Of a stretch of DNA of 64,000 bases, positions 52,885 through 64,000 are shown in pieces. The position numbers were made by a program, and so were the translations under genes. Position 1 is the stretch's first letter. Every line of letters begins with the position of its first letter. The notes under the pieces were generated by a model that saw only the letters and a program-made list of their open reading frames with translations, had not been told where the DNA came from and ran no database searches. The DNA comes from Bacteroidota bacterium. Lineage in GTDB: Bacteria > Bacteroidota > Rhodothermia > Rhodothermales > JANQRZ01. The stretch covers positions 123,757-187,756 of the forward strand of contig JBCDKT010000001.1 of the NCBI GenBank assembly GCA_038746285.1. Reading direction: 5' to 3'.

Positions 52885-54999
52885 ATGGCCTTTCTCAACC
52901 CGCTCGTCCTGCTCGGCCTCGCGGCGGCGGCGATCCCGATCCTCGTCCACCTCTTCAACTTCCGCAAGCCGAAGCGGGTGGACTTCTCCTCGCTGGCGTT
53001 CCTGCACGAGCTGCAGAAGAGCACGATGCGGCGCGTCCGCATCAAGCAGTGGCTGCTGCTGGTCCTCCGTACGCTCGCGATTGCCTGCCTCGTCCTCGCC
53101 TTCGCGCGCCCGACCGTCCAGAGCGGCTGGGCGACGGTCTTCGGCGGGCAAGTCCAGACCTCGACGGCGCTCGTGCTCGACCACTCGCTCTCGATGACGG
53201 TCCGCGACGCGCAGGGCGACCTGCTGACTCAGGCTCAGGAACTGGCCTCCGCTGTCGTCGAGACGAGTGAGACGGGCGACGAGGTGTTCGTCGTCGGGAC
53301 GGCGGCGACCTCGGCCGAGACGTTCCGCAACGCGGGACCCGCGCTCGACGCGATTGCCGAACTCGAACCCGAGGCCGGAGCGGGCACCGCCGGGAGCGCC
53401 CTCGGCCGGGCCTTCGCGCTCCTCGAAGGCGCGACGAACCTGAACCGCGAAGTCCTCGTCGTCTCCGACCTCCAGGCCTCCACGTTCCTCGACTCGGCCC
53501 GCGTCCCGGTACCCGAAGGCGTCCGGGTCACGCTCCTGCCGGTCGGCGAGCGGCGGCACGCGAACGTGGCCGTCACCGAGGCCCGCGTCGTGAGCCGGAT
53601 CGTCGAGGCCGGGCAGCCGGTCGAGGTCGAGGCGACGCTCGTCCACTACGGGGCCGAGCCGCTGGAGGGCTACGCGGCGAGCCTCTACCTCGGCGGCGAG
53701 CGCGTGGCGCAGGCCACGGCCGACCTCGCGCCGGGCGTCCCGGCGACGGTCACGTTCACCGCCACCCCGCAGGCCCGCGGCTGGCTCCCGGCCGAGGTCC
53801 GCACCGAGGAAGACGCCTTCGCGTGGGACAACACGCGCTACCTCACGCTCCACGTCCCCGAGACCTGCCGCGTGCTCCTCGTTCGGGGCGAGGGGCAGCG
53901 GGCCGACCTCGTCGACCTCGCCCTCTCGCTCGGCGGCGAGCAGACGCGCTTCGCCGTGACGACGGTCCCCGAGACCGCGCTCGCCGCCCAGGACCTCGCC
54001 ACGTTCGACGTGGCCGTGCTCGTCGGGCCGGAGAGCCTGGCGAGCGGGGAGGTGGCGGCGCTCGCGCAGTTCGTGCAGCAGGGCGGCGGGCTGATGGTCT
54101 TCCCGAGCGACCGCGCGCGCCCCCCCGACTACGACGCGCTCTTCGCGGCCCTCGGTGGCGGGCGGCTCGGTGCGGTCGTCGGGCAGCTCGGCGGGGCGCA
54201 GCCGGTGGCGCAGTTCGGCCGGGTCGACCTGGAGCACCCGCTCTTCGACGGGGTCTTCGACGGGAGCGCCGGGCAAGCCCGGCTGGAGAGCCCGGCTATT
54301 GCGCTCGCGCGGCCCTACCGACCCGGCGTCGGGGACGAGAACACGCTGATCGCTCTCTCCACCGGCGCGCCGTTCCTGCAAGAGCTCCGGAGCGGGCAGG
54401 GGACCGCGTTCGTGTTCGCCGTCGCCCCGGACCCGCGCTGGAGCGATTTCCCGGTGCGCGGCCTCTTCGTGCCGCTCCTCTACCGGGCCGTCTACACCCT
54501 CGCCGCCGCCGCCGACACGGGCAAGGCGCTGACCGTCCGGCAGGCGGGCGCGCTGCGCGTCTCCGGGACGCGTCCCTCGGGCGGCGCCGACGGGCTGCGG
54601 CTGGTCGGGCCGGACGGGACCGAGTTCGCGCCCGAGCAGCGGAGCGTCCCCGGCGGCGTCCTCCTGGAGATCGACGACACCGTGCGCGAGCCGGGCGTTT
54701 ACGAGGTGATGCAGGGCGAGCGCCTCGTCCGCCGCGTCGCCTTCAACCCCGACGCCCGCGAGTCCGACCTCACCCCGCTTGCCCCCGACGAGGCCCGCCG
54801 CCGCCTGATCGCCGCGACCGGGGCCGACGTCCAACTCCTCGATGCGTCGGGCGGGCAGGGCCTCGCCGCCGCCGAGCGCATCGCCGAGGAGCGAACCGGC
54901 GTCGAACTCTGGAACGTCTTCCTGACGGCGGCGCTGCTGTTTCTCCTCGCCGAGATGCTGGTTGCGATGCAGTGGCGCCCTGAGCCGGTCGCAGCGTGA
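52885..54999 (+). CDS. BatA-domain (aerotolerance regulator N-terminal) / vWA-like membrane protein
   Basis: 'MAFLNPLVLLGLAAAAIPILVHLFNFRKPKRVDFSSLAFL...WLLLVLRTLAIACLVLAFARP' is the N-terminal double-TM BatA_N signature. A C-terminal TM follows ('LWNVFLTAALLFLLAEMLVA'). Confidence 0.8.
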   Translation: MAFLNPLVLLGLAAAAIPILVHLFNFRKPKRVDFSSLAFLHELQKSTMRRVRIKQWLLLVLRTLAIACLVLAFARPTVQSGWATVFGGQVQTSTALVLDHSLSMTVRDAQGDLLTQAQELASAVVETSETGDEVFVVGTAATSAETFRNAGPALDAIAELEPEAGAGTAGSALGRAFALLEGATNLNREVLVVSDLQASTFLDSARVPVPEGVRVTLLPVGERRHANVAVTEARVVSRIVEAGQPVEVEATLVHYGAEPLEGYAASLYLGGERVAQATADLAPGVPATVTFTATPQARGWLPAEVRTEEDAFAWDNTRYLTLHVPETCRVLLVRGEGQRADLVDLALSLGGEQTRFAVTTVPETALAAQDLATFDVAVLVGPESLASGEVAALAQFVQQGGGLMVFPSDRARPPDYDALFAALGGGRLGAVVGQLGGAQPVAQFGRVDLEHPLFDGVFDGSAGQARLESPAIALARPYRPGVGDENTLIALSTGAPFLQELRSGQGTAFVFAVAPDPRWSDFPVRGLFVPLLYRAVYTLAAAADTGKALTVRQAGALRVSGTRPSGGADGLRLVGPDGTEFAPEQRSVPGGVLLEIDDTVREPGVYEVMQGERLVRRVAFNPDARESDLTPLAPDEARRRLIAATGADVQLLDASGGQGLAAAERIAEERTGVELWNVFLTAALLFLLAEMLVAMQWRPEPVAA

Positions 55000-55121
55000 G
55001 GGGTTCGGACGCGCTGCGCGAGGCTCTGTCTTCGGGCGTGGAGGAATGGAAGGAGTGGAGGGAGAGGGGAACGCTCCGTTTCGTCGCCCCGTAGTTTCCG
55101 GGCATATCGCCTCGAGAGACT

Positions 55122-55709
55122 ATGTCTTCTACCCTTGCTCCTCCTCATCCGCTGCTCGACGTGTTTCGCCGAGCCGAGCCGCTCTCGGGCGACGAACTGG
55201 CCCGCATGCCGGACCTCGGACGGTGCGAACTGGTCGAGGGCCGCCTGCTGCTTATGAGTCCCACAAGTTGGTTTCACGGTCGCTACGTCGTGCGTATCAC
55301 CGCTGCGCTCGAAGACTTCGTCGCCGACCGCGATCTCGGCGAGGTGTATTCCGGCGAGGTCGGGATTTACACCGGACGCGACCCAGACACGGTGCGCGGT
55401 GCGGACGTGCTTTTCATCTCGCACGCGCGCCTTGCACGCGTCACAAGCCGCAGCTTCCTCGATGTGACTCCAGAAGTAGTGGTCGAGGCGATCTCGCCGG
55501 GAAACACAGCGGACGAGATGGAGACCAAGACGCGGGAGTACCTCGGCGCAGGCGCCGAGCAGGTGTGGATCATTGAGCCGGAGCGGAAGCGGGTGCGTGT
55601 CGAGCGGGCGGAGGGCGCGCCGCTCGTACTCGGACCGGGCGACGTGCTGCGCGGCGAGGGGCTACTCGACCGGTTCACGCTCGACCTCGACGTGCTCTTC
55701 CGGGCGTGA
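55122..55709 (+). CDS. Uma2-family (DUF820) putative endonuclease
   Basis: 'CELVEGRLLLMSPTSWFHG', 'GADVLFISHARL', 'PEVVVEAISPGNTADEMETKTREYLGAGAEQVWIIEP' give the PD-(D/E)xK-like Uma2 pattern. Confidence 0.8.
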   Translation: MSSTLAPPHPLLDVFRRAEPLSGDELARMPDLGRCELVEGRLLLMSPTSWFHGRYVVRITAALEDFVADRDLGEVYSGEVGIYTGRDPDTVRGADVLFISHARLARVTSRSFLDVTPEVVVEAISPGNTADEMETKTREYLGAGAEQVWIIEPERKRVRVERAEGAPLVLGPGDVLRGEGLLDRFTLDLDVLFRA

Positions 55710-55840
55710 TTCGTCGGGCACTCCCAGGCACTGCGTGCCTCCTGTAAAGAAACTATCAGGCCCGCAACCCACAGCGCTCCCACACATACAAACCGGCCTT
55801 ACAACGGGCGTATCCTTTTCCCCAACCAAGCCGCCTACTT

Positions 55841-57208
55841 TTGTCCTTCGCCGCGCCTCCCCAGACTGACCGCCCCCGCGAGAACGCCGTCATCGTCGGC
55901 GTCCTCACCCCCGACACGACCCGGGCCAACCTCGACGACGCGCTCGACGAACTCGAGCAGCTCGCCGACACTGCCGGGGCCACCGTCACCGACCGCGTGA
56001 CGCAGGCGCTCCCACAGATTCACGGGGCGACGTTCATTGGCAAGGGCAAAGTGGAGGAGCTCAAGAAGCTCGTCGAGAGGCGCAAGACGGACCTCGTGGT
56101 CTTCGACGACGACCTCTCGCCGGTCCAGCTTCGCAACCTGGAAAAAGCGCTCGGCTGCAAGCTCGTCGACCGCTCCGGGCTGATCCTCGACATCTTCGCC
56201 CGCCGCGCCAAGACAGCCACGGCCAAGACGCAGGTCGAGCTCGCCCAGCTCGACTACCTCAAAACGCGGCTCACGCGGCAGTGGACGCACCTCTCGCGCC
56301 AGAAGGGTGGCATCGGGATGCGCGGGCCGGGCGAGACGCAGATCGAGACCGACCGCCGCCTGATCGGTCGCCGCATGGCGGTGCTCTCCGACCAACTCGA
56401 CCGGATCGACAAGCAGCGGCGCACGCAGCGCAAGGGGCGCGGCGACCAAACCCGCGTCGCGCTCGTCGGCTACACGAACGCCGGCAAGAGCACGCTGATG
56501 AACGCGCTCTCCGACGCCACCGTCTTCGCCGAGGACCGCCTCTTCGCCACGCTCGACGCGACGACGCGGCAGGTCTACCTCGACTCCAACAAGTCGGTCC
56601 TCCTCTCGGACACCGTCGGGTTCATCCGCAAGCTGCCGCACAAGCTCATCGAGAGCTTCAAGAGCACACTCGACGAGACGCGCGAGTCCGACGTGCTCCT
56701 CCACGTCGTCGACGCGAGCCACCCGAACTTCGAGGAGCACATCCGCGTGGTCAACACCACGCTGAAGGAGCTCGGCGCGCGCGAGAAGCCGACGCTGATG
56801 GTCTTCAACAAGATGGACGTGCTGGAGGAGCGCGGCATGATCCAGGCGCTCCGCGCCGAGCACGAGCACGCGGTGTTCGTCTCCGCCCTGCGCGGCATTG
56901 GCCTGGACAGCCTGAAGGAAGCCCTGCTCGGGGTGATCGAATCGGACTACGTCGAGCGGACGGCGCTCCTCCCGGTGACCGAGCCCAAGAGCCGGGCCCA
57001 CATCCACCGCGTCGCCGAAGTCCTCGAAGAAGACACCGTGCTGGCGCAGGAGTACGACGACGCGCCGCAGCCGGCCCTGCGCCTCCGCTTCCGCACCTCG
57101 AAGAAAAACGCGCCCGAGCTCGACCGGATGCTCGCCCGATTCGAGCAGTTCACCCTCGCCCCGGGCGGCGACGGTGCCCTCGGCAGCGGCGCGATGCTCA
57201 CCGAGTGA
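55841..57208 (+). CDS. hflX: GTPase HflX
   Basis: HflX N-domain 'AVIVGV...ELEQLADTAGA'. 'FDDDLSPVQLRNLEKAL..KLVDRSGLILDIFARRA'. G-domain 'LVGYTNAGKSTLMNALS' (G1), 'DTVGFI' (G3), 'NKMD' (G4). The start (TTG at 55841) is uncertain. Confidence 0.9.
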   Translation: MSFAAPPQTDRPRENAVIVGVLTPDTTRANLDDALDELEQLADTAGATVTDRVTQALPQIHGATFIGKGKVEELKKLVERRKTDLVVFDDDLSPVQLRNLEKALGCKLVDRSGLILDIFARRAKTATAKTQVELAQLDYLKTRLTRQWTHLSRQKGGIGMRGPGETQIETDRRLIGRRMAVLSDQLDRIDKQRRTQRKGRGDQTRVALVGYTNAGKSTLMNALSDATVFAEDRLFATLDATTRQVYLDSNKSVLLSDTVGFIRKLPHKLIESFKSTLDETRESDVLLHVVDASHPNFEEHIRVVNTTLKELGAREKPTLMVFNKMDVLEERGMIQALRAEHEHAVFVSALRGIGLDSLKEALLGVIESDYVERTALLPVTEPKSRAHIHRVAEVLEEDTVLAQEYDDAPQPALRLRFRTSKKNAPELDRMLARFEQFTLAPGGDGALGSGAMLTE

Positions 57209-57492
57209 CGCGGCCCCGAGTGACGCGGACGACCGTTCCGGCGGCCCTCTCCGCAAAGACGTACCCTTGTTCTTTAGCAGTGTGACGCCTCGCGCCGTGA
57301 CCTTTCGTCTCATGCGGGCCACGGTTCGAGTCTTTATTCCGGCAGCCCGGCAGAAACGCCACCGCGACGCCCTCGGGCGCATCGTAGACTCGCGCAGGCT
57401 GTGCGTCACGCGCTGCACCCGCCCATGCCCGCAGATGGCATAGGGTTTGCACTCCCAGGAAACGGTGCTCCGGCACCGTGCTCTCTGCCGCT

Positions 57493-58161
57493 ATGACCGT
57501 TCAACAACTCATCAGCCCCGATATCGAGCCGCTCGCGCCGACGGACACCGCCGGGCACGCGATCTACCGGCTGGCGGAACTCGACGTGGAGCACCTGCCC
57601 GTCGTGAGCGGCGAGGGGCAGCTGCTGGCGCTCGTCTCGGAGAACGAGATGCTGGAGACGGGCGACCTCGGGACGGAACTGGGCGCACTCGTCGGACTCG
57701 GCGTGCTGAGCGTGACGCCGGAGGTCCATCTATTCGAGGCGGCGAGCTTGCTCTCGGTGCACCACCTCAGCGTGCTGCCTGTAGCGGAGGAAGACGGCGA
57801 ATACGCCGGAGCCGTGCGCCGCCGCGTCCTGTTCGAGGAACTCGCCGGCATGCTCTCGACCGGCACGCCGGGCACGATCCTGATCCTCGAAGTGTCGCTC
57901 CGGGACTACTCGCTGAGCGTCCTCAGCCGCCTCATCGAGCAGAGCGACGCCAAAGTGCTCTCGCTCGCTACCCAGGGCGAAGGGGCGCTCGAAGGCGGCC
58001 TGATCCGGGTCACGATCAAGCTCAACGTGACCGACACGGCGCGCGTCCGCCACGTCCTGGAACACCACGGCTACCGCGTGGCGGCCGTCTTCAACGAGCA
58101 GGACGGCGACGACGAACTGTCGCTCCGGGCGCAGGAGTTCATGCGCTACCTGGAGGTGTGA
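57493..58161 (+). CDS. CBS domain-containing protein
   Basis: ATG at 57493. Two CBS-like units ('LAELDVEHLPVVSGEGQLLALVSENEML', 'LSVHHLSVLPVAEEDGEYAGAV') plus a C-terminal ACT-like region. Confidence 0.7.
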   Translation: MTVQQLISPDIEPLAPTDTAGHAIYRLAELDVEHLPVVSGEGQLLALVSENEMLETGDLGTELGALVGLGVLSVTPEVHLFEAASLLSVHHLSVLPVAEEDGEYAGAVRRRVLFEELAGMLSTGTPGTILILEVSLRDYSLSVLSRLIEQSDAKVLSLATQGEGALEGGLIRVTIKLNVTDTARVRHVLEHHGYRVAAVFNEQDGDDELSLRAQEFMRYLEV

Positions 58162-58183
58162 CCGTGCCTCCTATCCGTTTTCC

Positions 58184-58211
58184 GTAGGGGCTTGATTAAT
58201 CAAGCCCCTAC
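58184..58211 (+). terminator. Perfect 28-nt palindrome GTAGGGGCTTGATTAATCAAGCCCCTAC (terminator or operator)
   Basis: Lies 23 nt after the CBS gene stop and is followed by 'GTTGTTTAC'. The AT-rich centre is unusual in this GC-rich DNA. The next gene starts at 58224. Confidence 0.55.
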
Positions 58212-58223
58212 GTTGTTTACACC

Positions 58224-58712
58224 ATGTCTGATCTCCCCGACAACAGGCAGCTTCACGCGCTCGTGCTGGTCTCGACGCTCCGCACGGCGGCTGAGGTGCA
58301 GCGCGCGCTCGCCGAGCGCCGCGCCGGGCGCGACCCGTCGGAGCAGGAGGCGGCGCAGCCCGTGCGGGCCTACCTGCGCACCGCCGTGCCGGAGCTACGC
58401 GGCCTCGTGGCGCGCCTGCGCGTCAGCCTCGTCGTGGCGCGCGAGGAGCAGGCCGCGCTCGTGCAGGCGTTCGAGGACCGGCTGACACTGAGCCGGCTCG
58501 CCCGCGAACTGCACATCGTCCACCAGCGCCTGCTGAGCCTCTACCCGGCTGTGCCCGACGCGCTCGTCGAGGCGGCGCGGCTGCGGCAGCAGGAGGCCGA
58601 GCGCCTCGCTGTCGCCTCAGGAGACGGGTTCGAGGCCCTGCTGATCCTGTGGCTAGACCGCACAGCGGACTTCTTCGAAGGACTGGAAAAGGCGCTCGCC
58701 GAAGCGAACTAA
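58224..58712 (+). CDS. Hypothetical protein (helical, 162 aa)
   Basis: ATG-initiated ORF in the coding-like frame between the CBS gene and gyrB. No motif recognised. Confidence 0.55.
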   Translation: MSDLPDNRQLHALVLVSTLRTAAEVQRALAERRAGRDPSEQEAAQPVRAYLRTAVPELRGLVARLRVSLVVAREEQAALVQAFEDRLTLSRLARELHIVHQRLLSLYPAVPDALVEAARLRQQEAERLAVASGDGFEALLILWLDRTADFFEGLEKALAEAN

Positions 58713-60800
<2,088 letters not shown>

Positions 60801-60823
60801 GGATGGAGAAGAGAGGATAGACG

Positions 60824-61327
60824 ATGGCTCACCCTACGCTATCATTCGACGAGCCAGTGGAGTGGCAGGACCTCATCGACCACCCGGCGCTGGAAGACGT
60901 ACCGTTCAAGATCGAGCTAGATGAGCGGGGCTGCATCGTGCTGGCGAGTCCGTTCAGTGTTCAGCGCGGTCGGATGAAAGCTCGCCTAGCCCGAGCGCTC
61001 GACGCGGCGTGCGGAGACGTGGTGACCTTCGACGCAGCAGTACCGATGGGTCGAGGAGTCTGTGTGGCGGACGTGGCGTGGACGGAACCGTCGTTTTTCT
61101 CCGAGCACGAGGACGGCATCTTGTTCCCGACCGCGCCCCCGATCTGCGCTGAGATCAAGTCACCCTCGAACACGGAGGCGGAGATGGAGGAGAAGGTGAC
61201 GCTCTACCTCGCCAAAGGCGCGACCGAGGTGTGGATCTGCGACCTCGAAGGGCGCGTCACGTTCTTCGGGCACGAGGGTGAGCGCGGGCGGTCCACCCTC
61301 GCCCCGGACTTCCCGAGCCAGATCTAG
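60824..61327 (+). CDS. Uma2-family (DUF820) putative endonuclease (second copy)
   Basis: 'FKIELDERGCIVLASP', 'VCVADVAW', 'PPICAEIKSPSNTEAEMEEKVTLYLAKGATEVWICD' give the same motif order as 55122-55709. Confidence 0.75.
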   Translation: MAHPTLSFDEPVEWQDLIDHPALEDVPFKIELDERGCIVLASPFSVQRGRMKARLARALDAACGDVVTFDAAVPMGRGVCVADVAWTEPSFFSEHEDGILFPTAPPICAEIKSPSNTEAEMEEKVTLYLAKGATEVWICDLEGRVTFFGHEGERGRSTLAPDFPSQI

Positions 61328-61337
61328 GCAGGGAGCG

Positions 61338-61904
61338 ATGCTGCGCGTCCTCTGCCTGCTGTTGCTCTGCGCACCGGTGGCGGCGCAGCCGTTCGAGACA
61401 ATCGAGGTGGGGCTGAGCGGCGTGGGGACCGTCGCCGACGCGCCGTTCACGGACTTCTGGGACCCCGGCCCCGGAATCGAGGTGTGGGCCGCGACGCCGT
61501 TCTACCTCGGCGACTTCCGGCTCGGGCTGGCGGCGGCGTGGCACACGGCGAGCGGTGCGGCGGCAGACCCTGCGGTGCCGGACTTCGTCTCGTTCTACAC
61601 CTCCGCCGGGTGGAGTGTCGGAATCGGACTCCCCGGCGGGGTGCAGCTTGCGCCGGGCGTGCGCGTCGGCCTCTTCAACATGCGCTTCGACACCGACGAC
61701 CCGGCGGCCGTCCGCAGCGAGGCCGAACTGACGGCCGGCTTCGACCTCCGCGCGAGCGTGCCCATTGCCTCGGGGTGGCGGCTGACGGCAGGCGGCTCGG
61801 CGGTGCGGATGTTTACGGCCGAGCGGATCGACCTCGGGTTTGTGCAGGTCGGCGTGAGCCGGGCGTTTCGCACGCCGGAGTGGCTGCGGGAGGCGCTGCG
61901 ATGA
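61338..61904 (+). CDS. Hypothetical exported protein (small outer-membrane beta-barrel-like)
   Basis: ATG at 61338 gives signal 'MLRVLCLLLLCAPVAAQ'. Alternating beta-strand-like pattern. The stop overlaps the next start (ATGA at 61901-61904). Confidence 0.6.
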   Translation: MLRVLCLLLLCAPVAAQPFETIEVGLSGVGTVADAPFTDFWDPGPGIEVWAATPFYLGDFRLGLAAAWHTASGAAADPAVPDFVSFYTSAGWSVGIGLPGGVQLAPGVRVGLFNMRFDTDDPAAVRSEAELTAGFDLRASVPIASGWRLTAGGSAVRMFTAERIDLGFVQVGVSRAFRTPEWLREALR

Positions 61905-63817
61905 CGCTGGCCGTGCTCGCCCTCGTGGCCTCGCTCAGCGCGGCCGACACGACGCAGCGCGCCCTGCCCGACCCGGGGCGGCAGGTCGTCACGCGGGCCG
62001 AGATCGAGGCGGCCGGGCTCTACCGGCTGCCGGACCTCTTCCGGCTCATCGACGGCATGCGGACAGCGACCGTGGACGGGTTCACCTGGCGCACCAGCTT
62101 TGGCGGCGCGGAGCCGTTCGGAGCCGAGACCTGGACGCTGCTCGTCGACGGTGAGCGGATCGAGATGGGCCTGTTCGGCGAGCAGAACCTGTCGCTCGTG
62201 CCGGTGGCCGTCACGCAGGTCGACTCGGTCGAGGTGTGGACGCAGCCGCGCCTCGTGGCGGGCACGCTCGCGCACGGCGGCGTCCTCCACATCCACACCA
62301 CCCGGACCGAGCGGGGCGGCGCAGCGCGAGGCGGCGTCGCCATCGGCAACGAGATCGGCGACCCCGGCCCGTTCCGCTACGTGCCGGAGCTGGCGAGCCG
62401 GAACGTGGACAAGTTCGGGGCCGACTATGAGGCGCGCGCGGGCTACGGCGCGCCGCTGTGGCGGGCGCAGGCGCGGTTCAAGCTCCTCCGGTTCTACGCC
62501 ACCGACTTTGCCGCCTTCGACCGCAACCTCGACGCGCTCGGCGCGAACCCGGCGCTCCGGCTCTTGGCCCCAGCGCTCCGGGTGGAAGCCGACGCGCTCG
62601 GCGGGACGCACGCCCTCAGCCTCCTCGGCGGCGGGGCCAACGACCTGTGGTTCTTCCAGCCGCTCGGGCGCGAGATCCCGGTGCGGCGGCTGTGGGGGCA
62701 GGCCGGGCTCCACGGGCGCGTCCCCATCGCGGCGCGGACCACGCTCGGCTACCGGCTCGCCCTCGCCGAGGACCGCCTCGACGCGTGGGACGGCGCGGCG
62801 CTCGGCCTCGACCCGAACTGGCAGCGGCGGACGCTCCGCGCCGGACTCGACGGGCAGCGGCGGTTCGGGGGCTACACGGCGACGCTCGGCGGCGAGGTCC
62901 GGCGCGTGACCTCGGACGCGGTGGAGGGCTTCACGCTCGGGACGGTCACCGGGCAGGTCGTGCGCACGGTGGCAGGTCAGCGGCAGCATCTCGACGCAGC
63001 GCTGGCGGTGGCAGGCGGCGAGGTCGGGGCGAGCGCCGTGCTCGGGACGCGGCACGCGGTCGGGCAGTGGACGCTCGGCGCGGCGGCGGCCCTCACGCAG
63101 CGGCTCCCCGAGGAGCAGCCCCGGTTCAGCTTCTGGCAGGTGCGCGGGTTCGACGCGTTCGACGCGACCGTCGACGTGCGGCAGCCGGCTGGGCTGGAGA
63201 GAACAACGGAGCTATCGCTGCACCTCGACGCGATCGCTCGCCCGGTACCATCCCTTACGCTAGAGACGCACGCTGTGGTGCGGAGCGTCCACGGCCTCAC
63301 GGTCGAGGCCCAACCGACGGCCCCTGACCCGGACGCGTTCGACAGCCCTCGGCTGCTTCTAGTCGCACCGGACGAGACCGGTCTGACTGCGGGCGGGCGC
63401 GTCGCCGTGCGCTGGGAGCGTAGTGGGCGGCGGGTCCGCCTGCACTGGGACGGGCAGGGGCCGGTGGGCGGCGATGCGTTCTTTCAGCGTGCGTGGGAGG
63501 CCGTGCCCGCGCACCGGTTCGGGGCAGACGCTGCACTCACCGTGGAGAGCTTCACGGTCGCCGGGGCCCTGATCCATCGCACCTCGGCGCGCTGGCCCGC
63601 CTATGCGCCGCCGTTCGTCAACGCAGGCAGCGGGCTGTACGACGCCACCGTGCCAGCGGCGTGGCTCCTCGACGCCTCGCTCGAGAAGTGGCTCTGGCAG
63701 CGGCGGCTCCGCGGGAGCCTACTCTTCCGCAACCTCCTCAACCAGGAGGAGCGCTACCACCCCGTCGGCGCGGCCCTCGACCTGCGGTTCTACCTCCGAC
63801 TCGAAGTAAATCTCTAG
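61901..63817 (+). CDS. TonB-dependent receptor-like outer-membrane protein (plug + barrel)
   Basis: ATG at 61901 ('MTLAVLALVASLSAADT'). Plug-like 'VVTRAEIEAAGLYRLPDLFRLIDGM...VDGERIE...LVPVAVTQVDSVEVWTQP'. Long beta-rich C-terminal region ending 'FYLRLEVNL'. Confidence 0.7.
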   Translation: MTLAVLALVASLSAADTTQRALPDPGRQVVTRAEIEAAGLYRLPDLFRLIDGMRTATVDGFTWRTSFGGAEPFGAETWTLLVDGERIEMGLFGEQNLSLVPVAVTQVDSVEVWTQPRLVAGTLAHGGVLHIHTTRTERGGAARGGVAIGNEIGDPGPFRYVPELASRNVDKFGADYEARAGYGAPLWRAQARFKLLRFYATDFAAFDRNLDALGANPALRLLAPALRVEADALGGTHALSLLGGGANDLWFFQPLGREIPVRRLWGQAGLHGRVPIAARTTLGYRLALAEDRLDAWDGAALGLDPNWQRRTLRAGLDGQRRFGGYTATLGGEVRRVTSDAVEGFTLGTVTGQVVRTVAGQRQHLDAALAVAGGEVGASAVLGTRHAVGQWTLGAAAALTQRLPEEQPRFSFWQVRGFDAFDATVDVRQPAGLERTTELSLHLDAIARPVPSLTLETHAVVRSVHGLTVEAQPTAPDPDAFDSPRLLLVAPDETGLTAGGRVAVRWERSGRRVRLHWDGQGPVGGDAFFQRAWEAVPAHRFGADAALTVESFTVAGALIHRTSARWPAYAPPFVNAGSGLYDATVPAAWLLDASLEKWLWQRRLRGSLLFRNLLNQEERYHPVGAALDLRFYLRLEVNL

Positions 63818-63906
63818 CTCCGACCCTCCACCCCGAATCGCCCCCACGAACGCGGTGGTCCGTAGCTTCGACTCCCGACCCGCGACATCCTGACTCCCGA
63901 CCCTCC

Positions 63907-64000
63907 ATGTCCGATTCGCTCCGCGTTGGCGTCCTCACGGGCGGCGGCGACTGCCCCGGCCTCAACGCCGTCATCCGCGCCGTCACCAAGAGCCTCATCC
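63907..64000 (+). CDS. 6-phosphofructokinase, N-terminal fragment (runs off the window)
   Basis: ATG at 63907. 'MSDSLRVGVLTGGGDCPGLNAVIRAVTKSL' matches the PFK N-terminal nucleotide-binding motif GGGDxPGxNAxIR. Confidence 0.8.
   Translation, partial: MSDSLRVGVLTGGGDCPGLNAVIRAVTKSLI

Noticed and set aside
57323-57332. tRNA/tmRNA-like T-loop string GGTTCGAGTC in the hflX-CBS spacer
   Set aside because: The flanking bases cannot form a T-stem: positions 49-53 (CACGG) against 61-65 (CTTTA) give only 1-2 pairs. No acceptor or anticodon arms could be built either.

Overview
This is a high-GC chromosomal segment that looks Rhodothermota/Bacteroidota-like. The evidence is a SusC/SusD pair, many Por/T9SS C-terminal sorting domains (CTDs), and a gyrB/hflX housekeeping block. 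I call about 40 protein genes. I recognised no rRNA, tRNA, CRISPR array, transposase or integrase.

Layout:
- 0-7.3 kb: a LytS-type kinase, a methyltransferase, a LytTR regulator, then SusC/SusD.
- 7.4-11.7 kb: envelope genes (TolC-like, MlaC-like) and a DUF721 gene.
- 11.7-15.1 kb and 47.8-51.1 kb: two paralogous ECF-sigma + Ser/Thr-kinase-TPR pairs.
- Scattered: seven intact T9SS-cargo genes (lipase-like, PbH1 beta-helix, GH85 ENGase-LamG, LamG, beta-helical adhesin-like, HAF-repeat) plus one orphan CTD relic.
- 55-64 kb: an hflX-CBS-gyrB block bracketed by two Uma2 genes, a TonB-dependent receptor-like gene, and the start of a phosphofructokinase gene.

The best candidate for a new system is a visibly lower-GC defence islet at 26.8-36.0 kb. 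It holds a UPF0175/DUF3368-PIN toxin-antitoxin pair followed by a type I R-M operon that carries two guest genes. The order is hsdM, hsdS, a DUF4062-like two-domain ORF, hsdR, then a stand-alone SIR2-like ORF with its catalytic Asn and His intact. The first guest sits where PrrC sits in the EcoprrI locus, and a GTCGGAGTAA repeat cluster lies upstream of hsdR.

The second lead is an ECF-type promoter-like motif, TGATMC-N17-CGAWA, present four times. It links the second sigma/kinase pair to a lipoprotein gene and to two T9SS cargo genes that share an 89-nt leader.

All functional calls rest on motif recognition by eye. No database search was possible.
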